DNA of 39,325 nucleotides from sequence record SRR31156797_8491; one strand, 5' to 3'. Shown piece by piece: positions 1 to 9,615 of this stretch (position 1 is its first letter; each line of letters starts with the position of its first letter). The notes under the pieces were generated by a model. It saw only the letters and a program-made list of their open reading frames with translations, ran no database searches and was not told where the DNA came from. The position numbers and the translations under genes were made by a program.

Positions 1-66
1 GAGCTATTTTTGTCACGCAACCTGATCTTGGTCTAAACGGGAATGTTTTACTGCTGATGATGGTTA

Positions 67-95
67 TAAAAAACGGCCACCATAGTGACCGTTAT
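67..95 (-). terminator. Intrinsic terminator after ycfP
   Basis: Minus-strand stem AACGGTCAC/GTGGCCGTT followed by a T-run, about 20 bp after the ycfP stop. Confidence 0.7.
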
Positions 96-116
96 TACAG
101 GAAAATAAGAGTAAAG

Positions 117-656
117 TTAAGCGGCTTTAAATGCTTTAATTGCTTGCAGATGCTGCGAAATTTTCTTGAACTTATGACCTTGTGAATCATCCCAAATGAT
201 ATCGTAATAGTTTTCTAACGCATCCGCCGTTTTCTGGTTATCTAGCAACTCGTCATCGCGTGACAATATAACTAAGCATCGGCCTTTATTTTTCATTCGA
301 TACTGTTCAACGCACTTAGTCGCAATATCTTCATACTCTTCAGGACGATCGATTTTACCGCCCATGTTCTCTTGAGGGTTCAAATTTGGATTGAGAATAA
401 CTTGCTTAATCCCACATAAGAATCCAATTCGCTCTGACCAGTAGCCGCCCAAACCCACACCACAAATAATCGGATTTGGATCATCTGATAACTCAATTGC
501 TTTATGAACTTCTTTCAGCAAATGCTGCATGTCATGCTTGGGATGCAATGTGCTGTAACTAACGAAACGCACATCGTCATCAATAAACTGCAGTTGCAAA
601 ACTTTTTCATGGTTACCAGGACTGGTTGAGTCGAACCCATGTAAATAAATAATCAT
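117..656 (-). CDS. ycfP: YcfP (UPF0227) alpha/beta hydrolase-fold protein
   Basis: N-terminus [18 protein letters not shown] and GVGLGGYW; last gene of the hinT-lpoB operon; start moved to ATG 656 behind a G-rich SD. Confidence 0.9.
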   Translation of the reverse strand: MIIYLHGFDSTSPGNHEKVLQLQFIDDDVRFVSYSTLHPKHDMQHLLKEVHKAIELSDDPNPIICGVGLGGYWSERIGFLCGIKQVILNPNLNPQENMGGKIDRPEEYEDIATKCVEQYRMKNKGRCLVILSRDDELLDNQKTADALENYYDIIWDDSQGHKFKKISQHLQAIKAFKAA

Positions 657-781
657 AATACTCCCCCGCTCCTTGAGGTTTAAATCTACCACGAGCCATC
701 AGGCTTTAATCTAACATGAACTATAGGGTTTTAAAGTAAATGATATGCAATCTAACCCTACATATATGAGAAACAGTGATC

Positions 782-1636
782 TTAGCGACAAAATGATTGT
801 TTTATTTTAATCGCTTGTTGGTAGTAATACTCCTCACCCCACAATTGATAAGCCAGCAGATACCAAAGCATGCCCATCATCGTCGTTCGCGGCAACCATG
901 CTCGAACACCGTCTATCCAGTCATCAACTTGTTCAAGCTCTCTCAACTGGCAGTATCGGGCAATGGCCTCTAAAGGCGCTTCTTCGGCCACATCAATGCT
1001 CAATGCTAAATCCATTCTCGGATCGGCGATAGATGCGTACTCCCAATCAATCACTTTAAGACCCTGCTCGGTTTTTACCATGTTATAACCGGCTAAGTCG
1101 AAATGGCACAACGAATACCCTACACTGACCAAGCTTGGTGGATTACGCCAATCACGATAGATCTTTTCAAATTCAGAGGACTTAAGATCAGGCTTTATTT
1201 GCAACCAGTAATGATCCACCCTAGCAAGAAATGAAAATGGGACAACGGGTATTTTAGTCGTATCAATAGTGTGAATTTTAGCTTGGACTTTTAGCAGTGA
1301 ATCAAAGTTGATTCCAGAAGCCAAAGACTCGCCTTCAACCCAATCAACAAGCAGACCTTGGTCATTGATGTAGATTGGCATCGGCCCAATATGGGTATCA
1401 CAAATCGCTTTCAAAATCTGATATTCCTGAAAACGAGAAATAGAAAAGGCTTTAGTGATTGGCGTTGTGGGTCGCCAAACGTAGGAACGGCCCTGCTGAC
1501 AAACAATTTTCCAACAGCGATTGGTTAGCCCTCCGGTCAGCGTTTGTGCATATTCCGGAGGAAACGAGAAGTAGTGAGCGACAGATTTCAATGTCGGATC
1601 TAACGAACATGCTTCTTGCCATGACATTCTTGCCAT
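782..1636 (-). CDS. thiK: Thiamine kinase-like (choline/aminoglycoside phosphotransferase fold)
   Basis: GGLTN, CHFDLAGYN and IDWEYA motifs; follows lpoB as E. coli ycfN/thiK does; SD GAGGTG. Confidence 0.75.
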   Translation of the reverse strand: MARMSWQEACSLDPTLKSVAHYFSFPPEYAQTLTGGLTNRCWKIVCQQGRSYVWRPTTPITKAFSISRFQEYQILKAICDTHIGPMPIYINDQGLLVDWVEGESLASGINFDSLLKVQAKIHTIDTTKIPVVPFSFLARVDHYWLQIKPDLKSSEFEKIYRDWRNPPSLVSVGYSLCHFDLAGYNMVKTEQGLKVIDWEYASIADPRMDLALSIDVAEEAPLEAIARYCQLRELEQVDDWIDGVRAWLPRTTMMGMLWYLLAYQLWGEEYYYQQAIKIKQSFCR

Positions 1637-1676
1637 CACTCACCTCGTACTATCAATGCTACAGCTAAAGGTTTAA

Positions 1677-2267
1677 TCAGAAACCAAGTAAGCTCTTAGA
1701 CTCTTGCTTACGAATTTCAGTTTCATCAGCCCACTCGATTAAACCTGTTTCAAGGTCCATCAAACGCATCGTCATCTTGTAGTACACGTCTTTATCGCTA
1801 CCCGCATTTTTCACGATACTCGCAAGGTTGCCATATAACATATACTGCGCTCCAACCATCTTACCAAACTGAATCGCCGTACTTTGATTCACCAGCTCAT
1901 CATTATTTTGGAAGTTCAACTGATCACGAACCGCTTCAACTCGATCCATATCGACAAAACGGAACTTACCTGAGTTAAGCATTTTCGTGCTGATGGTATC
2001 TGTGATCGATTCTGTATCGATATGCTCGCTGGTTTTGTTTTTGATCCGTTCAACAAATACGATAGGGCGAGAATCACGTGTGATAGCAGCGACAGAGCCT
2101 GACATCATCATACTGTCGACCATCTCTGCAGCAATTTTCTGCAAGTCTGTAGAACCGAAATCAACGGTCGTTGTTTCTACAGCCTGCGCATCGCCGTAAC
2201 TGACTTTATTAGAACAGCCACCAAGAATGACGGCTAAACCAAGTAATGCAATAACACTTTTTTTCAT
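1677..2267 (-). CDS. lpoB: Penicillin-binding protein activator LpoB (outer-membrane lipoprotein)
   Basis: Start MKKSVIALL with lipobox LGGC; IKNKTSEHIDT, GAQYMLYG and MRLMDLETGLIEW motifs; SD AAGGA. Confidence 0.88.
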   Translation of the reverse strand: MKKSVIALLGLAVILGGCSNKVSYGDAQAVETTTVDFGSTDLQKIAAEMVDSMMMSGSVAAITRDSRPIVFVERIKNKTSEHIDTESITDTISTKMLNSGKFRFVDMDRVEAVRDQLNFQNNDELVNQSTAIQFGKMVGAQYMLYGNLASIVKNAGSDKDVYYKMTMRLMDLETGLIEWADETEIRKQESKSLLGF

Positions 2268-2280
2268 TAGGGTTTCCTTA

Positions 2281-2297
2281 CTAGGGTCTGCTGACCT
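2281..2297. repeat. Isolated end of the CTAGGGTCTGTTGACC inverted-repeat element family
   Basis: CTAGGGTCTGCTGACCT matches 39296-39312 at 16 of 17 positions. Confidence 0.45.
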
Positions 2298-2685
2298 AAT
2301 CATCAGATTCACGGATCTGAACTCTGAACTGTTTACCATTTGGATTTACGGACACTTCTGAAATCGAAATTGTCTCCATCCCGCGGACAATCGCTTTCTT
2401 CCACGGAGCTAAGCGAGTGTTCACTTCTAAACCATTATCGTCGTACCAATAGAAGCGATATTGAATATGTTGATCACCACTATAGTTACTCACTAACCTA
2501 ACGATACCTCGAGCATGCCCATCCACGTCAGCGGTAGCAATATCATCAATAAGCAGCCTGGCTCCTAACACATTATCGCCAAACAAAACCCGTTGAGATT
2601 CGCCATCGACATTTAATCCCGCGGTATTTTTACTACACCCGGCTAAAGCAAGCATTGAAAATAAAACAATAAGCCATTTCTTCAT
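2296..2685 (-). CDS. ycfL: YcfL family (DUF1425) lipoprotein
   Basis: Lipobox LAGC; YRFYWYDDNGLEV motif; ATGA overlap with the upstream stop at 2682-2685. Confidence 0.88.
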   Translation of the reverse strand: MKKWLIVLFSMLALAGCSKNTAGLNVDGESQRVLFGDNVLGARLLIDDIATADVDGHARGIVRLVSNYSGDQHIQYRFYWYDDNGLEVNTRLAPWKKAIVRGMETISISEVSVNPNGKQFRVQIRESDD

Positions 2686-4079
2686 CGCAACTTCCCTAGT
2701 TGTTTGTGCCACATGGTTGCATGAGTTCCCTGCTGAGAGACCCACACAAGTGTCGTACCTTGCTCTGGTACAGAAAAAGTATAGGTTTCCCCACCAGCTT
2801 GTAATGTTTGTTGACCTGCATTAACAATATGACTTGAACCTGCTATCAGTGCTGGTAGGGTGATCCAACTTCGAGTATCTGGCTGCTCCGTTAGGGTGTT
2901 CCATACATTAAACACCAAGTTACCCACATCATTATCCTGCGCGGTTTCTTTTCTTAACTGATCTTTCGCCACAACCCTTAATGCTTGTCGAATTACCATG
3001 GTGGGCATCTTTTCAGATAAGTTACGCTGCGCCATTAGGTTTACGTCGGTCAACGTATCCGAGCTTAATGCTTTGCCATTGAGCTCCACAGTAAATCGCT
3101 CTCTAACCGTGGGATTTCGATAATACGGTAACGCTAAAGAATACAATGTACTGTTCCCACGACTGTCATACAAAGGTAAAGATAAGCGCCAGCTATCCAT
3201 GGCAGAGACGACACCTTGTTCATCTAGGATAACAACCCTACCCTGACCTTCTTGCAGAGATTGTGCCGAACCGTACTGTTGCTCCAATAATTGTAGGTCT
3301 TCATTCATCGCTAATCGCTTAGCGACGCGCAACGTACCGTCGACGACAGCCCTGTTATCAGGCGCAACAGCTAGTGCTCGACGGTAATCAACATAGGCAC
3401 TATTTAAATCACCTGAAGCTTCGTAAAGCAATGCCGATAAGTAAAACAAATACCCATTCTGTACAGACTGCAAAGTTTTGCCAGCATCCGGATATTGGGC
3501 GAGGACACTACCTAAATTCGCACTCAAGCCATTCGACTTAAGTTCTCTTTGTGCTTTTTGTAGCTCCGCTTCTCTAGCAGCCTTTGCCTGCTCTTGAACT
3601 TGATTGGCTCGACGCATTTCGACCAGCGCGCCATCAAGGTCGTTAGCTCGAACGTAGTTTAATCCTAGATATAAATGTAAAAAGCCTAGTTCGTAATCAG
3701 CAGGTTGGTACTCATTTAAGTTATCGTTCACCGCGAGTGTACCAACACTCGTGGCGGTATCACTGACTGAAATGATCGCTTTGCTCTGCTGACGTTTTAT
3801 CGCATCATCAGACAGTTCAAAGGTCGACTGACTTTGTGAATACTGCTGATTAAGGAAATAGACTCTGCCTTTTTCTAAGTTATCGAGGATATCGCCAGCG
3901 ACATAGTCTTCAAACGAATCCATCGCCTGCGAGTACTGCCCAGCTTTGACTGTTTGATACAACGCTTTATTCTGCGCACTGTAATGACTAAATAAGTTCC
4001 CTGCTGTAAAGCTAGAGCACGCACTTAGAAATAAACACGCTATAGAAACCGTAATGTGCCGCTTCTTAAACTTCACCAC
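2682..4079 (-). CDS. COG3014-type TPR-containing lipoprotein
   Basis: Lipobox LSAC; helical TPR-like segments (YLGLNY..ALVEMRRA, YLSALLYEA..AYVDYRRAL); DTRSWITLP motif; GTG start behind GGAG. Confidence 0.8.
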   Translation of the reverse strand: MVKFKKRHITVSIACLFLSACSSFTAGNLFSHYSAQNKALYQTVKAGQYSQAMDSFEDYVAGDILDNLEKGRVYFLNQQYSQSQSTFELSDDAIKRQQSKAIISVSDTATSVGTLAVNDNLNEYQPADYELGFLHLYLGLNYVRANDLDGALVEMRRANQVQEQAKAAREAELQKAQRELKSNGLSANLGSVLAQYPDAGKTLQSVQNGYLFYLSALLYEASGDLNSAYVDYRRALAVAPDNRAVVDGTLRVAKRLAMNEDLQLLEQQYGSAQSLQEGQGRVVILDEQGVVSAMDSWRLSLPLYDSRGNSTLYSLALPYYRNPTVRERFTVELNGKALSSDTLTDVNLMAQRNLSEKMPTMVIRQALRVVAKDQLRKETAQDNDVGNLVFNVWNTLTEQPDTRSWITLPALIAGSSHIVNAGQQTLQAGGETYTFSVPEQGTTLVWVSQQGTHATMWHKQLGKLR

Positions 4080-4138
4080 ACACTCCGTAAAAGATAGATA
4101 CAGAAATAAATATGCCCAGAAATTGACTGGGCATTATC

Positions 4139-4489
4139 TTAACTCATTAATAGTGGACCTAATGGTCGACCACCAACAAGATGCATATGAATATGGTAAA
4201 CCTCTTGGCCACCATGTGAGTTACAGTTTACTAGCAAACGGTAACCGTCTTCCTCTATGCCCTCTTCCTTAGCCAATTTTCTTGCAACCGTAAACATACG
4301 ACCCAATGCAAGCTCATCATCTTCTATAACGTCATTCACCGTTGGAATCAACTTGTTCGGAATAATTAGAATGTGGCTTGGAGCTCTAGGATTGATATCA
4401 CGAAATGCAGTCACTAAATCATCTTGATAGAGGATATCCGCTGGAATTTCTTTGCGAATGATTTTACTGAAAATGGTTTCCTCAGCCAT
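4139..4489 (-). CDS. hinT: HIT-family purine nucleoside phosphoramidase HinT
   Basis: [16 protein letters not shown] and the HIHMH histidine triad; SD GGAG. Confidence 0.95.
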   Translation of the reverse strand: MAEETIFSKIIRKEIPADILYQDDLVTAFRDINPRAPSHILIIPNKLIPTVNDVIEDDELALGRMFTVARKLAKEEGIEEDGYRLLVNCNSHGGQEVYHIHMHLVGGRPLGPLLMS

Positions 4490-4522
4490 AAACTGCTCCA
4501 TATTATGTTTTTTTACAATTGT

Positions 4523-4704
4523 GATATTTAAGTGGCCTCAATATACCAGGTTCAGAGCTTCATTACCGAGTTCAGGCCTAGCTTAATAACGGTAGGATGG
4601 TCACTTCCTTTCAACGTTATTGAACGCTGAGATGGGCTCGTTGATGAGATCCCGAAAACGTATAAATTCTCGCTGAACAAGTATCTAAAGGTTACTTGAG
4701 TATA
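4523..4704. mobile_element. Degenerate miniature inverted-repeat element (ERIC-like TATAC termini), about 182 bp
   Basis: The two ends are imperfect inverted repeats (16 of 24 identical, then a shared GTTCAG); long internal hairpin; the right 17 bp recur exactly at 23819-23835. Confidence 0.75.
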
Positions 4705-4712
4705 TGACTTTG

Positions 4713-4741
4713 AGTATGCGCCAAGGTGCTTGAAAGCTCAA
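4713..4741 (-). promoter_or_regulatory. Putative sigma70 promoter of the hinT operon
   Basis: TTGAGC-N17-CATACT on the minus strand. Confidence 0.55.
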
Positions 4742-4935
4742 CACAAAACGCTAGCTAGTTAACAGAATTGAATTCTGATTGGTGTTAAATGACAATTTTG
4801 TAACATTCATCTAATTATCAATAGCCAACTCTACATAGAATGGGATAAAACTTTGTTCACACTTTAAAAAAAGTGGCTCATAAAAAAATTTTAAACTTTA
4901 ATTTTTTCGCTTGATTGTTTATTCGGGAGTAAGTT

Positions 4936-6927
4936 ATGCAAGGTTCCGTAATTCGACGGATGTATGCTGGATTTGCGTTAATCATAATTATGTTTGCCGT
5001 AACTGTAGCAATGATGATGAGCGGGATGAATCAGATTCATTCTAATTTTGGCAGCGTTTCAAAAACTGCACTACCACTAGTAGCAATCTCCAACCAAACG
5101 ACTGTCCAGCTGCTTTCGGCGGATAAGTCTTTCAAAGACTTCTTAACCACACAAAACACTGAGCGTATGAATGAAATGCGCACTTCATTTGCTGCTGCTA
5201 AAGAAACGTTCAACCAAACGCTAAGCCAATTAGAAATGGCAAGTCATTCTCATCCTGAGCTTATCGAGCGAGTTGAGACATTAAAACAGCTTGAAGACCG
5301 ATACTTCACCGAAGCTGATGAAGCGATGAATAACTACTTAGCCATGTTTGATGCTCAAGCTAAGGTTCAGAAATCCACTCGAGAGTTTCAACGCCTCAAC
5401 GCAGAACTCAGTTCAGGAATGAAAGAAGCGGTGGATGGGCAAGACAACATTGCCGTGAAAATCATGGCAAAAAGCTATTTCATGAAACTGAGAGATGCGG
5501 AAGTCATCACATCTGATGCATTAGCAAGCAGTGACATGGAGTTTGTTGAAAAGGCTGTTGCACAAAACAAAAAAGCGGTCACTCATCTTAACTACGCCTA
5601 TCGTGGCCTGTCGGCTCAGCTTGCTGATTTAAAGTCTGCCTTTGACAAGTCAGTTGAGAAATTTTCTCAAGATATTGGTCAAAAAGGTGGGGTACTTGAT
5701 CAACATAACGAGTATTTAAAAGCTCGTGCAGCTCTGTATGAAAACATTGGTAATCTTGCGACAGAAGTCGATAATGCGATGGCAATCTTGGATTCATTTA
5801 ATGAGACAGCCACCAACGATCTGAATCAATCGCTGGCTGAAGCTGGTGACGTTTATCAACAAGGCATTTACAAAGCCATCGCTATTGGTATCGTTGTGCT
5901 GGTTGTGGCCATGGGTGTTGGCTACCACCTTGCTCATAGTGTGCGTGAACCGTTAAAGAGCATTCTAACCACGCTTGAAAGTTTGACAGACGGTGACATG
6001 ACGCAACGCATTGATATTCGTTTTAACAACGAGTTCAGCCGTGTGAGTAATCACATCAATTCGCTGGCAGACAACCTGCACGACATTCTAATGAAGCTGC
6101 ATCAGGCCTCTGATGCGCTGACGACCACAGCGAATGATAATCAAACCACTTCCCAAGGTGCTCAATCACAATTAAGTAACCAGCGCGAACAAACCGCGAA
6201 TGTCGCAACGGCTATGACAGAAATGGCCCACTCGGTAGAAGAAGTTGCTCACAGTGCTCAAAACTCACTAGAGATGGTTCAGCAAGTGGAAACCGCCTCT
6301 GAGTCGGGGCGTGTGATCATGAGCCGTAATATTTCCACTATCAATCAGCTTGAAAGTCGATTGAATGAATCTGTTCAAGCCACCAACGAGCTGCTAAGTA
6401 TGAGTAACCAAATAGGCTCAATACTTGACGTGATTCGTAATATTGCCGAACAGACAAACCTGCTGGCTCTTAATGCCGCGATTGAAGCTGCACGTGCAGG
6501 AGAACAAGGTCGTGGTTTTGCAGTTGTGGCTGATGAAGTCCGCGTACTGGCGCAACGCACAACACACTCCACCAGTGAAATTGAAAAAATGATCAGCAAT
6601 CTACAGTCCGGTTCAACGACTGCAAGTAAAGTCATTGAAAGCTGTATGAAGGATATGGATCAATCGGTTGAACAAGCTTCAAACGCCAACAGTGCAATGG
6701 AAGAGATTCAAGCGCTGATTATCGAGATCAGTCAAATGAGTACTCACATTTCTCAGGCAGCCGTGGAACAAAATGAAACCACAGCATCTATCGCTAAGAG
6801 TATTGAGGATATAAACCTCATCGCTGACGAAAGCTACCAGGCGATGGCTGAGATTGCTCACAACAACTCCGACCTAACCCATTTAGCTCAGCAACAAAGT
6901 GAGCTAGTGAACCGATTCAAACTTTAA
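4936..6927 (+). CDS. Methyl-accepting chemotaxis protein
   Basis: Two TM helices flank a roughly 280-aa helical periplasmic domain; HAMP domain; hairpin tip [34 protein letters not shown]. Confidence 0.95.
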   Translation: MQGSVIRRMYAGFALIIIMFAVTVAMMMSGMNQIHSNFGSVSKTALPLVAISNQTTVQLLSADKSFKDFLTTQNTERMNEMRTSFAAAKETFNQTLSQLEMASHSHPELIERVETLKQLEDRYFTEADEAMNNYLAMFDAQAKVQKSTREFQRLNAELSSGMKEAVDGQDNIAVKIMAKSYFMKLRDAEVITSDALASSDMEFVEKAVAQNKKAVTHLNYAYRGLSAQLADLKSAFDKSVEKFSQDIGQKGGVLDQHNEYLKARAALYENIGNLATEVDNAMAILDSFNETATNDLNQSLAEAGDVYQQGIYKAIAIGIVVLVVAMGVGYHLAHSVREPLKSILTTLESLTDGDMTQRIDIRFNNEFSRVSNHINSLADNLHDILMKLHQASDALTTTANDNQTTSQGAQSQLSNQREQTANVATAMTEMAHSVEEVAHSAQNSLEMVQQVETASESGRVIMSRNISTINQLESRLNESVQATNELLSMSNQIGSILDVIRNIAEQTNLLALNAAIEAARAGEQGRGFAVVADEVRVLAQRTTHSTSEIEKMISNLQSGSTTASKVIESCMKDMDQSVEQASNANSAMEEIQALIIEISQMSTHISQAAVEQNETTASIAKSIEDINLIADESYQAMAEIAHNNSDLTHLAQQQSELVNRFKL

Positions 6928-6993
6928 TCGTGACTAAGGAAACATCGGTAAAAAAGTAGTGACATTGTAATGATTAAGTAAAAACAGGCTGTT

Positions 6994-7028
6994 GGGCGAC
7001 CTTTTCTACAAGGTCGCCCTTGTTTTTT
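6994..7028 (+). terminator. Intrinsic terminator after the MCP gene
   Basis: 10-bp stem GGGCGACCTT/AAGGTCGCCC followed by TTGTTTTTT. Confidence 0.85.
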
Positions 7029-7114
7029 CCGCACGGCACCGTTATATGGTAGTTATGGCTTGCGGCAATAACTTCTTACTTAACCATTTTGCAAGCCAAA
7101 CATGAGGAATTTTT

Positions 7115-8275
7115 ATGGCCGTTCATGTTGGCATCATAGATCAAGATCCCGTTCGTTTAGTGACTCCATTATTGGATGACCGCACCGCGAGTCGCCATAT
7201 CGTTTTTATTGGTGACAGTAGTCAAGAAGCAATGTACGTTCGTTTGCACACAGTATTAACTCAACGCGGTATCACATCAGAGTTTTTCGAGATCCCTTCA
7301 GGTTCTAATATCGCTGAAATTAAAAAGGCGATTAACGCACTGGCAGAGGACTTAAAACAGCGTAATCTCAATATTAAGTTAAACGCAAGCTGTGGTTTAA
7401 GACACCGACTGCTTTGTGTTTACGAAGTTTTCCGTACTTACCACTGGCCAATTTTTGTGGTTGAACCCAGCAGCGACTGTTTATGTTGGCTATACCCTGA
7501 TGGCAATAAAGACACTCAGGTACAAGACCACATTACGATCTCTGATTATCTCACCATCTTTGGCGCTAGAGGGGAGTTCAATGAACAAAACATTCCTCCA
7601 CAATTGGACGAAAAGCTGTACAAATTAGGTGAACGCTGGGCAAGTAACGCTCTGGAGTTAGGCCCAGGGTTAGCGACACTCAACTACCTTGCGACTACCT
7701 GTCGAAAAGAGCAGCGTTTAGATGTTGAGCTTTCTGAAAAGCAGCAAGGCTATCGTGAGTTGAACATGCTGCTGTCAGATCTCGTCGAGACAGAAATCGC
7801 AACCTATGAAAAGGGTAAACTCACCTTTGCCAACGAAGACGCGCGACGTTTCTCGAATGGTGAATGGCTAGAAACTCTGGTCCACAGTACCGTGAAACAA
7901 ATTCAAGACGATTTACCGACCATTCAAGACCGTTCCCTTAATGTACAAGTGTATCGTCAGCTGGGTGAGAAAGAGGTACGTAACGAGCTCGATATTGCCA
8001 CGGTGGTCAACAACAAACTGTATATTATTGAGTGTAAAACTAAAGGGATGCGTGATGATGGTGACGATACCCTTTATAAACTGGAGTCGTTGCGTGATTT
8101 GCTTGGCGGATTACAAGCTCGAGCAATGTTGGTGAGCTTCCGTCCATTAAGACACAACGATATCACCCGTGCAGAAGACCTTGGACTGGCACTCATTGGC
8201 CCCGACGAGCTAAAAGATTTGAAAACTCACTTAACCGTTTGGTTTCAACAAGCTGGTGGTAACGAAAAGCTGTAA
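7115..8275 (+). CDS. DUF1887 family CARF-domain protein with C-terminal PD-(D/E)XK nuclease (Card1/Can2-like; V. cholerae VC1899-like)
   Basis: N-terminal Rossmann-like region with LNASCG (cf. CARF NxTGG); GEWLE motif; NELDI...IIECK nuclease motif; lies next to fadR; SD GAGG. Confidence 0.85.
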   Translation: MAVHVGIIDQDPVRLVTPLLDDRTASRHIVFIGDSSQEAMYVRLHTVLTQRGITSEFFEIPSGSNIAEIKKAINALAEDLKQRNLNIKLNASCGLRHRLLCVYEVFRTYHWPIFVVEPSSDCLCWLYPDGNKDTQVQDHITISDYLTIFGARGEFNEQNIPPQLDEKLYKLGERWASNALELGPGLATLNYLATTCRKEQRLDVELSEKQQGYRELNMLLSDLVETEIATYEKGKLTFANEDARRFSNGEWLETLVHSTVKQIQDDLPTIQDRSLNVQVYRQLGEKEVRNELDIATVVNNKLYIIECKTKGMRDDGDDTLYKLESLRDLLGGLQARAMLVSFRPLRHNDITRAEDLGLALIGPDELKDLKTHLTVWFQQAGGNEKL

Positions 8276-8295
8276 TTTCGTACCAGTTTGAGAGT

Positions 8296-8328
8296 AAAAA
8301 GCCCGCTCAATAATGAAGCGGGCTTTTT
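8296..8328. terminator. Bidirectional terminator between the CARF gene and fadR
   Basis: AAAAAGCCCGCT...AGCGGGCTTTTT between convergent genes. Confidence 0.9.
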
Positions 8329-8330
8329 GT

Positions 8331-9170
8331 TTAGGAATCATCTTCAGTGAAGTTAGACGGTAATGTCGTCTTCATTTTGTTCCAAACGTGGGCACTATCG
8401 ATACCGTATTGACGGATAACATTGGGTAGCTGCTCACGCGAGCCTGAGCGGCAAATATCCAATAGATCTCGGTAGAATGCGAGCGCAAGATTGCGAGCCT
8501 CTGGGTTAGAAAAGTAGTAACTACCAATTCTGTCATACAGCTTTCTAACGCCGTTAAAAATCAAACCGTAAATTTGATTACCAGAGTGGAAAGCCAAACG
8601 CTGGAACAACATGTAATCATAAAAATTAAATGTTTTCGCCATCAAAATGGACTGGCGTTTTTCCTCGTCTTTCTCACCATCATCTTTAACGTGTTGCTGA
8701 AGCTTATCAGCGAACGGTGACGAAGAAATAAACGCATCCCATGACTCTGCCGCTAGCAGTGCTTCACAAGATTCAATCACATTTGAGATTGTACGTTCCG
8801 AATTCTCTTTGTTTGCTTTAAACGCATAACGCATGAAAATTGGACTGATATTGGTACGAGCTGCAAGCAAATCTTCAACAATGCTGGTTGCGTTATCTGC
8901 GTCCAACGTCATTAACGTGTCTAAAATATGCAAACCTGACGTTTCCATAAATTGGTTAACTTTCGTTGGTTTGCCGTGTTGAATTGTCAACCAGCCATCA
9001 CGAGCGAGTCGTTGTAATACTTCACGTAATGTTGTTCGAGTAACACCGATGAGTTCTGACAGCTCACGTTCTGCAGGAAGAATAGAACCAGGCGGGAAAC
9101 GGCCATTCCAAATACTTTCAATAATATATTTTTCTGCGAAACCTGCTGGGCTTTTTGCCTTAATAACCAT
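8331..9170 (-). CDS. fadR: Fatty acid metabolism regulator FadR (long Vibrio form)
   Basis: [21 protein letters not shown]; GntR w[17 protein letters not shown]; 279 aa, including the known Vibrionaceae insertion of about 40 aa. Confidence 0.97.
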   Translation of the reverse strand: MVIKAKSPAGFAEKYIIESIWNGRFPPGSILPAERELSELIGVTRTTLREVLQRLARDGWLTIQHGKPTKVNQFMETSGLHILDTLMTLDADNATSIVEDLLAARTNISPIFMRYAFKANKENSERTISNVIESCEALLAAESWDAFISSSPFADKLQQHVKDDGEKDEEKRQSILMAKTFNFYDYMLFQRLAFHSGNQIYGLIFNGVRKLYDRIGSYYFSNPEARNLALAFYRDLLDICRSGSREQLPNVIRQYGIDSAHVWNKMKTTLPSNFTEDDS

Positions 9171-9587
9171 TAAGTACTTATCCAGTTTTCTATTTTTTAG
9201 AGTCGAATGGCACTCATCATACCACTAGTTATCACCTAGCGGAAACAAACCATAGCTAAAGTTTTCACAAAGCTCACGATTGATGTCGGTTGATGCCCAA
9301 TAGCAGGAAATTAATTCTTAAAATATGTTTCAAAATATTTCAAATGGTAACTTTTAATGCATAAAACCTACACAAAAAAAGAGAGATTAATCACACTAAC
9401 AGATGTACTTATAGCAAAATAAACTTACCTAAAAGTAAGCATTTACGTGAGCTTGGTTGTATTTACGCACATTTCATATTCATATAGTCTTGAAATTGAT
9501 CTTTTTATTAGCTTCAAATTATGATTTTTACCCATTCATACGGTTTTTTAATCATAAACTGACAACTTTTCGCACACTGATGACTTA

Positions 9588-9615
9588 TTGACTAAATCAG
9601 CGATGCGGGTAGAGT
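9588..9615 (+). promoter_or_regulatory. Possible sigma70 promoter of nhaB
   Basis: TTGACT-N16-TAGAGT about 190 bp upstream of nhaB. Confidence 0.35.

Noticed and set aside
724-760. TAGGGTT...AACCCTA inverted repeat at the position where E. coli has nagZ
   Set aside because: Only 7 bp; the resemblance to the repeat terminus could be chance
4540-4700. Structured ncRNA gene such as SRP RNA or a riboswitch
   Set aside because: No recognisable conserved motif; the structure is better explained by the inverted-repeat element whose ends recur elsewhere in the window
4139-8275. HinT as a signal-degrading partner of the CARF nuclease
   Set aside because: hinT heads the conserved ycf operon, is transcribed the other way and is separated by an MCP; proximity is the only link
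8331-9170. FadR about 40 aa longer than the E. coli protein
   Set aside because: This is the already described Vibrionaceae insertion, not novel
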